Positions 10,121-19,669 are shown, numbered from the stretch's first letter. The stretch is DNA of 64,000 bases from Candidatus Saccharimonadia bacterium (GCA_041743505.1 JBGTMQ010000020.1:81099-145098); one strand, 5' to 3'. The notes: generated by a model from the sequence alone, not told the origin. Made by a program: numbers and translations.

Positions 10121-10228
10121 GGTAGTGCCACGGAATTGTCCTCAGGTGAGCGAGGCCCGGGACCAAACATCAGCCATTATACCCGCCCACATTAGAAGAA
10201 TTCCCAGATTTCGCCTACAATAAAAACC

Positions 10229-11431
10229 ATGCACAAGAAAACCATCCGCGACATCGATGTTAAAGGTAAGCGCATCCTGGTCAGGGTTGATTACAACGTG
10301 CCCGTCAAAGACGGCGCCGTCACAGACGACTTCCGTATCCAGGCCAGCCTGCCCACCCTCCAGTACCTGCTGGAACAGGAATGCTCACTGGTATTAATGA
10401 GTCACCTGGGCGAACCCAAGGGCAAGCCGGATGCAACTCACAGCTTGCGGCCCGTAGCCGCCAAGGCCTCAGAGCTATTAAACCGGCCCATCGCTTTTCA
10501 CGAAGACTGCATTGGCGAAGCTGTCCTCAAGGCCGCCCGCGACCTGCGCCCCGGCGAGGTCATGATGCTCGAGAACGTTCGCTTTCACCAGCCAGAACTG
10601 GACAACGACCCCGGTTTCGCCCGCCAACTTGCCAATCTAGGCGACATCTACGTCAACGATGCCTTCGCCGTTGATCACCGCGATCAGGCCTCAGTCTCCG
10701 GGGTGGCCAAATACCTGCCGGCCGTAGCCGGACTTCTAGTCGAAAAAGAGGTCGAGCACATCCGGGGCGCGCTGGACAAACCAAACCGGCCGCTAGTAGC
10801 CATTATCGGCGGCGCCAAAGTCTCAACCAAAATTGAACTACTCAACAATCTCATTCCCAAGGTGGACGTACTCCTGCTCGGCGGCGCCATGGCCAACACC
10901 TTCTTGCTGGCCGGGGGCCGCGAAATCGGTAAAAGCCTGGCCGAACCGGATTACGTGAACACCGCCAAACAGTTAATAGAGCTAGCCAAGCGCGAAGACA
11001 CCCAGCTGTTCTTGCCGGAGGAGGTGGTTGTCAGCAAGAGCACCGAAACCCCCAAGCACCTGCGCACCGTCAAGGTCTCAGCCGTTGAGCCCGACGACTA
11101 CATCGTTGATGTATCGCCGGAGTTTCCCCGCCAACTCAGCCGGGCCGTCTATGAATTCTTGGACTTCGATAACAAGAGCACCGTTATCTGGAACGGCCCG
11201 CTCGGCCTCACCGAAGTACCCGAATTTGCGGCCGGTTCTCTGGCCATGGCCGGCGCCATCGTGGCGCTGCCGGGCGAGATCTCGGTCATCGGCGGCGGCG
11301 ACACAGCCGGCTTCGTCGACGAAGCCGGCCGCCACGACCAGTTCTCCTGGGTGTCTACCGGCGGCGGCGCCTCCCTGGCGCTCATGGCCGGCAAACAATT
11401 GCCCGGCATTGAGGCATTACAAGACAAATAA
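10229..11431 (+). CDS. pgk: Phosphoglycerate kinase
   Basis: RVDYNVP, SHLG, LENVRF, GGAKVSTK, WNGPLG, GGGDT and STGGGASL motifs. Confidence 0.98.
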   Translation: MHKKTIRDIDVKGKRILVRVDYNVPVKDGAVTDDFRIQASLPTLQYLLEQECSLVLMSHLGEPKGKPDATHSLRPVAAKASELLNRPIAFHEDCIGEAVLKAARDLRPGEVMMLENVRFHQPELDNDPGFARQLANLGDIYVNDAFAVDHRDQASVSGVAKYLPAVAGLLVEKEVEHIRGALDKPNRPLVAIIGGAKVSTKIELLNNLIPKVDVLLLGGAMANTFLLAGGREIGKSLAEPDYVNTAKQLIELAKREDTQLFLPEEVVVSKSTETPKHLRTVKVSAVEPDDYIVDVSPEFPRQLSRAVYEFLDFDNKSTVIWNGPLGLTEVPEFAAGSLAMAGAIVALPGEISVIGGGDTAGFVDEAGRHDQFSWVSTGGGASLALMAGKQLPGIEALQDK

Positions 11432-11432
11432 A

Positions 11433-12194
11433 TTATCTTGAAGCGTACTCTTGCATAAACGCCTCCATCTTGTCACTCACCTCACTTTTCATACCTTCTA
11501 AACGAGAATAAAAATCGTGAAGCTCTTCCTGCCATAACTCCCGGCGGTTCTCCCTCCAGTCGTTACTCGCCAGACTCTGATGTAAACGCCTAACGTCTCC
11601 TTCATCCATAATCCCCGAGAGCCCGTCTCTAACTACGTTTGGCGTATTCCCGATCCTCGTCTGTTGCGGATCGGCCAGGCGGGCCAACACCGCTTCAACA
11701 AGCACGGATCCCCGCTTGATATCGCGCATCTTCCAGCCCAGTCTTAGCAACGGCCCGCCCGCCTCGAGTAAGGCCATCATGCTCTCTGGGTCGCTCGGAT
11801 CATATCTGTCAGGGTCAATGTCGTATAACTTCTCATATAGTGCTGCGTCACCTGCAACCACGCCCTCGCGCTGTCGCTCAAGCGCCGCGATGTTTTTGGG
11901 CAACTCTTGTCGTGCGTCAGTTATTTTTTGCCGCTCGTCAGCCGTCTCTTCGGGTAACCGGTCAAGCTGACGCCGGGCTATGTCGATTTCCGTACTGAGC
12001 CCATACGCCTCGCTACTGCTCTCAACCGACTTAATTACCCGGGCCATAACCCTGTCCTTGGCCGGCTCCCCGTTTTCACCTTGCTCGGAGCCCGCGGCCT
12101 CTCCGGCCTCTGAGTGCAGTTCTTCGCTCAGCTGTTCTGGAGTGCGAGCCTTAAAATCCTCGCCGCCTGGTCCGCCTACCCGTTCACCGCTCAT
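11433..12194 (-). CDS. Hypothetical acidic coiled-coil protein
   Basis: 253 aa ORF convergent on pgk; disordered N-terminus. Confidence 0.7.
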   Translation of the reverse strand: MSGERVGGPGGEDFKARTPEQLSEELHSEAGEAAGSEQGENGEPAKDRVMARVIKSVESSSEAYGLSTEIDIARRQLDRLPEETADERQKITDARQELPKNIAALERQREGVVAGDAALYEKLYDIDPDRYDPSDPESMMALLEAGGPLLRLGWKMRDIKRGSVLVEAVLARLADPQQTRIGNTPNVVRDGLSGIMDEGDVRRLHQSLASNDWRENRRELWQEELHDFYSRLEGMKSEVSDKMEAFMQEYASR

Positions 12195-12294
12195 GGTCGT
12201 GATACGCCTTCCGTATATGAATCAATTATATAGCGAAATGTTTATTTATTTTGGGTCATCAAGCCCCCGGCACCGCCATTTCAATGTGAATACC

Positions 12295-12411
12295 TACTGC
12301 CCTCAGGGCAGTAATTCGGGGCCTTCAAAGCGCGTATCCAATTTTGGCTCTGTATAGGATATAAAACACTCATTCCGTAGTAAAATACACAACACTGCCC
12401 TCAGTTCAGTA
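12295..12411 (-). repeat. Bipartite palindromic element E4 (reverse orientation, longer spacing)
   Basis: TACTGCCCTCAGGGCAGTA (12295-12313), CACTGCCCTCAGTTCAGTA (12393-12411); minus-strand CTATACAGAGCC at 12357-12346. Confidence 0.85.
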
Positions 12412-12532
12412 CCCTATCCAGCTGTAAAGCAAAACCATCCTAGTCGGCCGTACCAGAGCATAAAACGGCCAACTTTGCGTTGGACCCACCATAAGCGCTA
12501 CAATGGCAATGAAGTAAAGGGTCTACACAGAC

Positions 12533-13288
12533 ATGACACGATTAATCGTTGGCAACTGGAAAATGAACCTCAATCCGGGCGAGGCCAGCGTGCTAGTGCA
12601 CCGGCTCCAAAACAAACTGTCAGTTGACCCTCAAACCGAAGTCGTTATCTGCCCGCCGTTTATCGACATTTATCCTATTTCCAAAGAGCTCGACAACAAG
12701 AAACTCAAACTCGGCAGTCAGAACATCCATTACCTGGACCAAGGCGCCTTTACCGGCGAAATATCGCCCGCCATGCTCAAAGGTATGGCCAGCTACTCCA
12801 TCATCGGCCATTCTGAGCGCCGGGCCATGGGCGAGGACGACAAACTCATCGCCAAAAAAATGGCCGCAGCGCTACGCAACGACATCATCCCAATCCTCTG
12901 TGTCGGCGAAAGCCTCCACGACCGCGAGCATAACCTAACCAAAAAGGTTGTCACCGATCAGCTCACCGCTGACCTCGCCCAACTCACAGCCGCCGATGTC
13001 GCTCAAATCGTCATTGCCTACGAACCGGTCTGGGCCATCGGCTCGCACTCGCCGGCCACCCCCGGTCAAATCAAGCCGGTTATCCGCACCATCCGCCACA
13101 CCGTCGAGGAGCTCTACGGTGAACAAGGCGGCGCCAACGTCCGCATCCTCTACGGCGCCAGCGTCGAGCCCGAATTTGTCTCTGCCATTCTACACATCGA
13201 CGGCGTCGACGGTCTGCTGGTGGGCGGCGCTAGCCTCAATTACGAAGAGTTTGCCGCCATTGTCAAGGCCGCCCAAAGCCTCAAATAG
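12533..13288 (+). CDS. tpiA: Triosephosphate isomerase
   Basis: GNWKMN, IGHSERR, AYEPVWAIG and LVGGASL motifs. Confidence 0.98.
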   Translation: MTRLIVGNWKMNLNPGEASVLVHRLQNKLSVDPQTEVVICPPFIDIYPISKELDNKKLKLGSQNIHYLDQGAFTGEISPAMLKGMASYSIIGHSERRAMGEDDKLIAKKMAAALRNDIIPILCVGESLHDREHNLTKKVVTDQLTADLAQLTAADVAQIVIAYEPVWAIGSHSPATPGQIKPVIRTIRHTVEELYGEQGGANVRILYGASVEPEFVSAILHIDGVDGLLVGGASLNYEEFAAIVKAAQSLK

Positions 13289-13290
13289 CC

Positions 13291-13325
13291 AAAAAAAGCA
13301 GGGGGCGGCGAATGCCGCCCCCTGG
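13291..13325. terminator. Terminator hairpin, T-tract on the minus strand
   Basis: A7, then CAGGGGGCGGC-GAAT-GCCGCCCCCTG. Confidence 0.8.
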
Positions 13326-13346
13326 TCGGGGACTGTGTCTCTCTAG

Positions 13347-13823
13347 TTACTCATCGTCCGGGTCCTCATCACTCAGCAAGACACTCGGCTGCAGTTCCAA
13401 CAACCGGGCCACGGTCAGCTGGTTTTTGTCCAACAGTTCCGTCACCTCCGGATGAAGCGTCGGGGGCAAAAGCGGTTTCAGTAGTTTCTGCCCGCTCGTT
13501 CCCGGAGAAGCAGGGGTCTGGGCTTGAGCTTCCAGCTGAGCCGCTTGCTCGAAAAAGATGTGTGCCGCCATACCATCGAGCATGCCGTCGCCGGTCTCCA
13601 TCAGCCCCGCCGCATACTGCTGCAAGAAGGCTGACTTAATCCGGGCGAACGTCGGCGCATCCACGAGCAGCTCATCTAGCGGCTGGTCAAACAGCCCGCC
13701 AATCTGAGCCAAGAACTTCTCCACGACGGCCTGCAGATCAGGTCCGTCCTCTTCGCTGACCCCATCGGGAAACGCCTCACCAATAAACGCCTGGGTTACC
13801 TCGGTAGCACTGGGGATACTCAT
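13347..13823 (-). CDS. Hypothetical acidic protein
   Basis: AAGGAG SD before ATG 13823, which overlaps the upstream stop. Confidence 0.7.
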   Translation of the reverse strand: MSIPSATEVTQAFIGEAFPDGVSEEDGPDLQAVVEKFLAQIGGLFDQPLDELLVDAPTFARIKSAFLQQYAAGLMETGDGMLDGMAAHIFFEQAAQLEAQAQTPASPGTSGQKLLKPLLPPTLHPEVTELLDKNQLTVARLLELQPSVLLSDEDPDDE

Positions 13824-14227
13824 GGTTTCTCCTTCAGTTCTCGTGCGGGGAGGCCTAAAGCCTCGCGGGCGACTGGGTGCTGTAGTAGGCAAAATGACCC
13901 GGCCGCAAAAGCCAGGACCCATAACAGCAATATCGGCATGCCGGTGTGGCGGGTCAAGCTCGCGTGCGTGTCCTGGCTGATAGCTATGATCCCCAGCATC
14001 AGAAACCAGCAACCGACACCCGCTGACAGCGCATGTCCTTGCCTAGATTCGCTAACCAAGAACGCCAAGCACGAAACAGTACCAACACCGCTGACAAACA
14101 TACCAATCTGCCAGTACAGTGCATCCGTGCCGCTCATTTTGGTCGAAAGCACTAGTAGCTCCACGCCAATCAGTGCCATGAGGCCAAGAATGGTCGCGAC
14201 AATCATATTGAAGCGGTGGTGCGACAT
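13820..14227 (-). CDS. 4-TM membrane protein
   Basis: Four hydrophobic segments; purine-rich SD. Confidence 0.7.
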   Translation of the reverse strand: MSHHRFNMIVATILGLMALIGVELLVLSTKMSGTDALYWQIGMFVSGVGTVSCLAFLVSESRQGHALSAGVGCWFLMLGIIAISQDTHASLTRHTGMPILLLWVLAFAAGSFCLLQHPVAREALGLPARELKEKP

Positions 14228-14389
14228 AAGAACCCCTTCCTGTGGAGGAGAGAACCTCTGTTACTACAATTGTAACACATAATGAGAATAAAATCAATTA
14301 TTCGCTACCAACCAGATACACATACATTTGACTGATACCACTACGAGTGGCATATTAGCTGCATCCGCACTCACTACCGAGATGGAGTT

Positions 14390-14953
14390 GTGGCCATGAC
14401 AAGTTCTCTATCAGTCGAATCACAAGCAGTGATTCGAGGCGTACTAGCAGGCAAGATTGACCGGGACAAAATTCACACTTTGCCTGGCCGGAGATTGCGC
14501 GTCCAAGCCGCCGTCGCCCTCATGCTGGCTAACCGGCAGCAATACCTGGATGACGACAACCGCGTCAAAGGGGGCTTCGGCCAGCACCTACGAGACATCA
14601 CCGGTGAAAGCAAAGCTCTACCCCATACGCTGACTTCCACCAGCCGGGAAGCCAAACTGCATCGCGCTTTGCGGAAAAAGCCAGGTGCCAGCGGGCGTGG
14701 CAGCTGGGAAGTATATCTGACGCCTCCGCCCGAGCTCCTGTCACTCGTGGACAAACCCACAGCTCAGCCACCGGCAGTTCTCACTCAGCCCGAGGATCAG
14801 AAGCCTGGGCAAGATGAAAAGCGCCAATGGCTCCCGGCCGAAGACCCTCAGCACCGCGCGTATGTCATCGTCCAGGCGCTTCTTGTCGAAGGCAGCGACG
14901 TCCTGCATGACGTCCACCGCCGCCTGCGCGCTATCTGCGATCCTAACTATTAA
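14390..14953 (+). CDS. Hypothetical protein, possible HTH-like N-terminal half
   Basis: GGAG SD, upstream TTGACT/CATATT, downstream hairpin. Confidence 0.65.
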   Translation: MAMTSSLSVESQAVIRGVLAGKIDRDKIHTLPGRRLRVQAAVALMLANRQQYLDDDNRVKGGFGQHLRDITGESKALPHTLTSTSREAKLHRALRKKPGASGRGSWEVYLTPPPELLSLVDKPTAQPPAVLTQPEDQKPGQDEKRQWLPAEDPQHRAYVIVQALLVEGSDVLHDVHRRLRAICDPNY

Positions 14954-15174
14954 TCCACCACAAAATGCCCCGCTGCCGATCCTTGGCAGCGGGGTTCATG
15001 CTTGTTGCATATGTACAATTATATGATGTTAATAACAATGTTCATTTCAAGCATACTGCTTGCACCACCTGATGATAGTCATCACGTCAGTGATTGGGAG
15101 TGGCTGGGGCCATTTTCTCATATATGCCAAGATCAACATTGTCGCGGGCTATGTACAAGCGTAAAGTGTAAACG

Positions 15175-15606
15175 ATGACGGTATCATTCGAACCCGACGA
15201 GCTCAAGAAATTGATCGAACTGGCTTATCTTGGCGAGTGGTTTATTAATGCTCATCACGACAACGACTTCCAGGACGACAAAGCCACGGCCGTCACGCAA
15301 CGGTTGCTGGCCAAAAGCAAATTACCCGGCATTGAGCGGGATGCTGAGACAGGCGAATATTACATGGCGGCCGAATGGACCGAGCGGCTGTATGACCAAT
15401 ACATCCTCGACTACGACGACCACGTCTTCTGGGATGAGCTCACTGAACGGCTAGCCCAGCGCGATTTAGCCCGCCAGCGGGGTGTGCACATAGATGAGGT
15501 TAACCGCGAGGACGACGTACTCGAGTTACGGCCACTGGAAGAGCGTTACCGGCGTGAACTCGAAGGCCGCGGGGTCGAACGCCTAGAGTTAGCCGATGAT
15601 TTTTAG
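15175..15606 (+). CDS. Hypothetical acidic protein
   Basis: 143 aa with protein-like composition (YLGEWFINA, FWDELTERLA). Confidence 0.75.
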   Translation: MTVSFEPDELKKLIELAYLGEWFINAHHDNDFQDDKATAVTQRLLAKSKLPGIERDAETGEYYMAAEWTERLYDQYILDYDDHVFWDELTERLAQRDLARQRGVHIDEVNREDDVLELRPLEERYRRELEGRGVERLELADDF

Positions 15607-15635
15607 CATAACCATGATAATGGTATAGTTGACTC

Positions 15636-16784
15636 ATGCAATGCCCAAAATGTCAGCACGAGATGATAGAATCGCGCAACGGTATGTTGTGCCTCAACTG
15701 TGGTCATATTGAATCTAACGCCCATACCAAGCCATTAATTCCTGATGGGGCCAAGCCGGCCGACGCCGGGCCACCCACCGAAGAGGAGGCCAAGGCCGAG
15801 GCAGAGGTAGTTGCCGAAGTGGTCTCTGAGACTAAGGAGTCGCCGGCTGATGAGCCGAAGGTCCCCGAGGTAAAAGCCAAGATTGATAAGCCAGAAGCCA
15901 AATCCGAAGACGACGACAAGCCTTCCGATCCCGAGCCCGTCGCAGATAAACCGGCCGCCATTGATACGCCAACGAAAACGACTGAGACAGTGGTGGTTGA
16001 CGGCTCCGCCACTGAGGCGGCTGCCGCCCTGGAAGCTGCTGTCGCTGCCGTCGAGGAAAAGGCCGCCGAAGATAAGGCGGCCGACCCGGACCCAAAGCCG
16101 GACTCGGACCCTGAGCCCGAACCGGCACCCGAGCCCGAGGACAAGCCTGAGCCCGAACCCAAGCCAGAAATTAACCCAGATCCAGAACCAGAGCCAAAGT
16201 CGGACCCAGAGCCAGAACAGGCTCCCACCCATCCGAAACATAAGCCGGCTCCCAAACATGCATCTGAAATTCACGGCGCGGTTGTAGCCAAGCCAGTGGA
16301 CAGTATTATTTCCAAGCCCAAAGCACCAGCCCCTGTGGTGGATGAGCCGGTTGCAGAGCCGGAGGTGGCTACTGCAGAGCCCGAGTCCGAAGTATCAGAG
16401 CCGGTGGCAGCAGTTGACGGAGTGTCTGCTCCAGATGCACAGGGTACTTCAGCACCAACACCAGAGCCCGAACCGGCTCTTGAAACCGAAGCCCAGTCTG
16501 CGGACGAACCAGAACCAGAACCTGAGACGGCTTCCGCACCCGAATCCGAGCCAGCCGCTCCTCCAGCCCAAACCCCTGCTCCAACTCAAGCCCCGGCTCA
16601 GGCTCCGGCACCGGTGGCCCAACAGGCTCCACCGGTGCCGCCGGCAGCTGTTGACGGCAAGACACCCCTGACACCCAAAACGCATCCCACGCCCATGTCC
16701 AAGATCGAGGTTGTTGCTCTAGTGGCCGGCGTCGGGCTGTTGGGTGGCCTTGGCTATGTGGCCTATATGATATTTATGCGCTAG
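15636..16784 (+). CDS. Zn-ribbon + Pro/Glu-rich low-complexity + C-terminal TM protein
   Basis: CPKC..CLNCGH; EP/DP repeats; one C-terminal TM helix. Confidence 0.8.
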   Translation: MQCPKCQHEMIESRNGMLCLNCGHIESNAHTKPLIPDGAKPADAGPPTEEEAKAEAEVVAEVVSETKESPADEPKVPEVKAKIDKPEAKSEDDDKPSDPEPVADKPAAIDTPTKTTETVVVDGSATEAAAALEAAVAAVEEKAAEDKAADPDPKPDSDPEPEPAPEPEDKPEPEPKPEINPDPEPEPKSDPEPEQAPTHPKHKPAPKHASEIHGAVVAKPVDSIISKPKAPAPVVDEPVAEPEVATAEPESEVSEPVAAVDGVSAPDAQGTSAPTPEPEPALETEAQSADEPEPEPETASAPESEPAAPPAQTPAPTQAPAQAPAPVAQQAPPVPPAAVDGKTPLTPKTHPTPMSKIEVVALVAGVGLLGGLGYVAYMIFMR

Positions 16785-16865
16785 CCAACCAATCTCGTGC
16801 CAATACCATATGCACCACAAAACAACCGCTAGTTCGGCTGCGTTCGGTACGGTAAACTATTGATT

Positions 16866-19094
16866 GTGCATCCCTTACTCTCAGATCTCAATGAACCCCA
16901 ACGCCTAGCCGCCGAAACTACCGACGGCCCGGTCCTCATTCTAGCCGGCGCCGGCTCGGGCAAAACCAAGGCCCTAACCCATCGCATCGCCTACCTGGTG
17001 GCCGAAAAACACGTCCGGCCGCTCAACATCCTGGCTGTCACCTTCACCAACAAAGCCGCCGGCGAAATGCGCGGCCGCGTCCTCTCACTCCTCGGCCTCG
17101 ACTCAACCAACCGCTCCTATTTCCCCTACATCGGCACCTTCCACTCTGTATCTCTGCGCCTACTCCGCCGCGAAGCCACCGGCATCGGCCTACCCTCTAA
17201 CTTCCTCATCTTTGATGCGGCCGACTCCCAGTCCGCGATCAAACGCGCTATGCGCCAAGCCAATATCGATGAAAAACAATTTACCCCCAACCTCATCCAT
17301 AACCTTATCTCCAGTGCCAAGAACGAACTGGTCGACGCCGCTCAATATGCCAAATTAGCCCAAGGTAAAGCCCAGGATGCGGCCGCCAAAGTCTACCCCG
17401 TTTACCAAGCCATTCTCAAGGACGCCGGCGCCCTCGACTTTGACGATCTCATCTTCCAAACCGTCCGCATGTTCCGCAAATACCCGGACATACTGGCCAA
17501 ATACCAGCAACAATTCGCCTACATCATGGTCGACGAGTACCAGGACACCAACCACGCCCAATACCAACTCACCAAACTCCTGGCCTCAGGCCATCGCAAC
17601 CTCTGCGTCGTGGGGGACGACTGGCAGAGTATTTATTCCTGGCGCGGCGCTAACTTCCAAAACATCCTCGATTTTGAGAAAGACTACCCCGAAGCTCAAA
17701 TCGTTAAATTAGAACAAAATTACCGCTCAACCCGCAACATCCTCGATGCCGCTCACGCCATCATCGCCAAAAACCGCGTCCGCTCCGACAAAAAGCTCTG
17801 GACCGAAGCGGCTGAAGGTATGGGCATCGGCACCGTCAATGTCTACAACGAAGTCCAAGAAGGGGAGTGGATTGTCCGCCAAATCCAGGAGCTAGCTGTC
17901 ACCGACAAACGCGAGCTCTACGATTTTGCCGTCCTCTACCGGACCAACGCCCAGTCCCGCTCTCTAGAAGAGGCTTTTTTGCGCTACAACCTGCCGTACA
18001 AAATTGTCGGCGGCACCCGGTTCTACGAGCGCCGCGAAATTAAGGACGCCCTGGCCTACCTGCGCTTCGTCTACCAACCCGACGATGTCGTTAGCTTCGG
18101 CCGCATCATCAACCTACCACCCCGGGGCCTCGGCGACGTCAGCTTGGCCCGGCTCGAACAATGGCAGCGCGCCCAAGGCCTCGGCCTCATGGCCGCCTTC
18201 CGCCGCGCAGGCGATGCTCCCGGCCTCCAAACCCGGGCCGTCAACGCCCTCAAACAATTCGCCCTGCTCATCGACGGCCTCCGCGCCGAAGCCACCAAAC
18301 TCCCAGCCGGCCCGCTCCTCGATCTCATCCTCAAACGCTCCGGCTACCTCCAATACCTTGATGACGGCTCCGTCACGGCCGCCGACCGCATCGAAAACGT
18401 CAAGGAGCTCCTCAGCGTGGCCGAAACCTACAACGAGCTCACCCTTGAAGGTTTTCTCGAAGAAATCGCCCTCATCTCCGACATCGACAACTACTCGCAA
18501 GAATCCAACGCCGTCACTCTCATGACCCTCCACGCCGCCAAAGGCCTGGAGTTCCCGGTGGTCTTCATCCCCGGCATGGAAGAAGGTATTTTCCCGCACT
18601 CCCGCTCCCTGTTCGACGGTGACCAAATGGAAGAAGAGCGCCGCCTCTGCTACGTCGGCATGACCCGGGCCAAAGAGCGCCTGTTCCTCATTTATGCCAA
18701 CTCACGCCTGCTCTACGGTGGCACTAACCACAACCCACCCTCGCGCTTCATCACCGAAATTCCGCCCGGCCTGCAATCCGAAGGCAGCGAGTGGGGTACG
18801 GCCGCCCGGGCCGGCCGCTACGGCGGGGGAGCAGCGCCCCATGGCGCCGGCGCCGGCAGCTGGAATGTACCCACTATGCCCGCCGCCGACCTGGCTGCCA
18901 CCGCCCGCGAAGCCGACCGCCATCGCGAAACCATGCTTGGCCTTGACCTCAAACCCGGCGACCGCATCGAGCACACCAAGTTCGGTGAAGGCATCGTCTC
19001 CGACATTAACGGCGACGAAGTCACGGCCGCTTTCACCGGCGTTGGCGCCAAACGCCTATCTCTCTCCTTCGCCCCCATCCGCAAACTTGATTAG
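16866..19094 (+). CDS. pcrA: ATP-dependent DNA helicase PcrA/UvrD
   Basis: AGAGSGKT, TFTNKAA, VDEYQDTN, VGDDWQSIY, LEQNYRST, TLHAAKGLEF and EEERRL motifs; C-terminal Tudor-like H.KFG.G domain. Confidence 0.98.
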   Translation: MHPLLSDLNEPQRLAAETTDGPVLILAGAGSGKTKALTHRIAYLVAEKHVRPLNILAVTFTNKAAGEMRGRVLSLLGLDSTNRSYFPYIGTFHSVSLRLLRREATGIGLPSNFLIFDAADSQSAIKRAMRQANIDEKQFTPNLIHNLISSAKNELVDAAQYAKLAQGKAQDAAAKVYPVYQAILKDAGALDFDDLIFQTVRMFRKYPDILAKYQQQFAYIMVDEYQDTNHAQYQLTKLLASGHRNLCVVGDDWQSIYSWRGANFQNILDFEKDYPEAQIVKLEQNYRSTRNILDAAHAIIAKNRVRSDKKLWTEAAEGMGIGTVNVYNEVQEGEWIVRQIQELAVTDKRELYDFAVLYRTNAQSRSLEEAFLRYNLPYKIVGGTRFYERREIKDALAYLRFVYQPDDVVSFGRIINLPPRGLGDVSLARLEQWQRAQGLGLMAAFRRAGDAPGLQTRAVNALKQFALLIDGLRAEATKLPAGPLLDLILKRSGYLQYLDDGSVTAADRIENVKELLSVAETYNELTLEGFLEEIALISDIDNYSQESNAVTLMTLHAAKGLEFPVVFIPGMEEGIFPHSRSLFDGDQMEEERRLCYVGMTRAKERLFLIYANSRLLYGGTNHNPPSRFITEIPPGLQSEGSEWGTAARAGRYGGGAAPHGAGAGSWNVPTMPAADLAATAREADRHRETMLGLDLKPGDRIEHTKFGEGIVSDINGDEVTAAFTGVGAKRLSLSFAPIRKLD
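19073..19092 (+). repeat. 20-bp direct repeat (pcrA 3' end), copy 1
   Basis: CCCCATCCGCAAACTTGATT is identical at 22775-22794. Confidence 0.95.
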
Positions 19095-19114
19095 ACCACT
19101 TAACTGGAATTCAC

Positions 19115-19669
19115 ATGCCTAACATTGAACTCGAATATCGCGCCCTCGTCAACGAGGCAGAATATCACAAGCTCATAGCCTTCCTCGATGGCAACGCCAC
19201 AGATCTCGGCGAGGATGACAAAAATGTTTTCTTCTTTATTCTTCCCGGCAAGCTCTTAAAAGTCGTTGATAACCAGTCGACCAACTCGGCCAAAATTGTC
19301 CTGAAGCTCAATCGCATTGGCCAAGGCAGTGACTTCGAAGAAATTGAAATACCCATTGACCCGGATCAAGTCGAAAAATCCGTCCACATGTTTAAATCAC
19401 TTGGCTTTACCGAAGTACAGCAATCATTCCAAAAACGTCACAATTATAAATTTAAAGGTGTGGAGCTAGCGGTAAAATACAGCGAAAATTGGCAATATCA
19501 TGTCGAGTTGGAGATTCTTCTCTCCGACCGCGAGCAGCAGGCTGAGGCCGAAAAGCGAATTCATGCCGTGGCCGCAGAACTGGGGTTAAAGATTATGACG
19601 GACGATGAACTCAAAGAACTTACTGCCAAAATCGACGCGGAGCACCGTTCTAAGACTGATCACATTTAA
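19115..19669 (+). CDS. CYTH domain (class IV adenylate cyclase/triphosphate tunnel) protein
   Basis: N-terminal ELEYR (ExExK-like), FEEIEI, K.R.NY, VELEI. Confidence 0.8.
   Translation: MPNIELEYRALVNEAEYHKLIAFLDGNATDLGEDDKNVFFFILPGKLLKVVDNQSTNSAKIVLKLNRIGQGSDFEEIEIPIDPDQVEKSVHMFKSLGFTEVQQSFQKRHNYKFKGVELAVKYSENWQYHVELEILLSDREQQAEAEKRIHAVAAELGLKIMTDDELKELTAKIDAEHRSKTDHI

Noticed and set aside
4636-10228. Integron cassette array
   Set aside because: No RYYYAAC/GTTRRRY attC boundaries recognised, no intI, and the genes carry their own promoters.
2866-12411. CRISPR array or mini-array reading of the 19-bp repeats
   Set aside because: Only two arms per locus, often inverted; the spacer has a conserved core; no cas genes in the window.
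15704-16685. Long minus-strand Gly/Ser-rich ORFs
   Set aside because: Antisense shadows of the Pro/Glu repeat gene. Similar shadow ORFs over pyk, pgk, pcrA and other GC-rich genes were also ignored.
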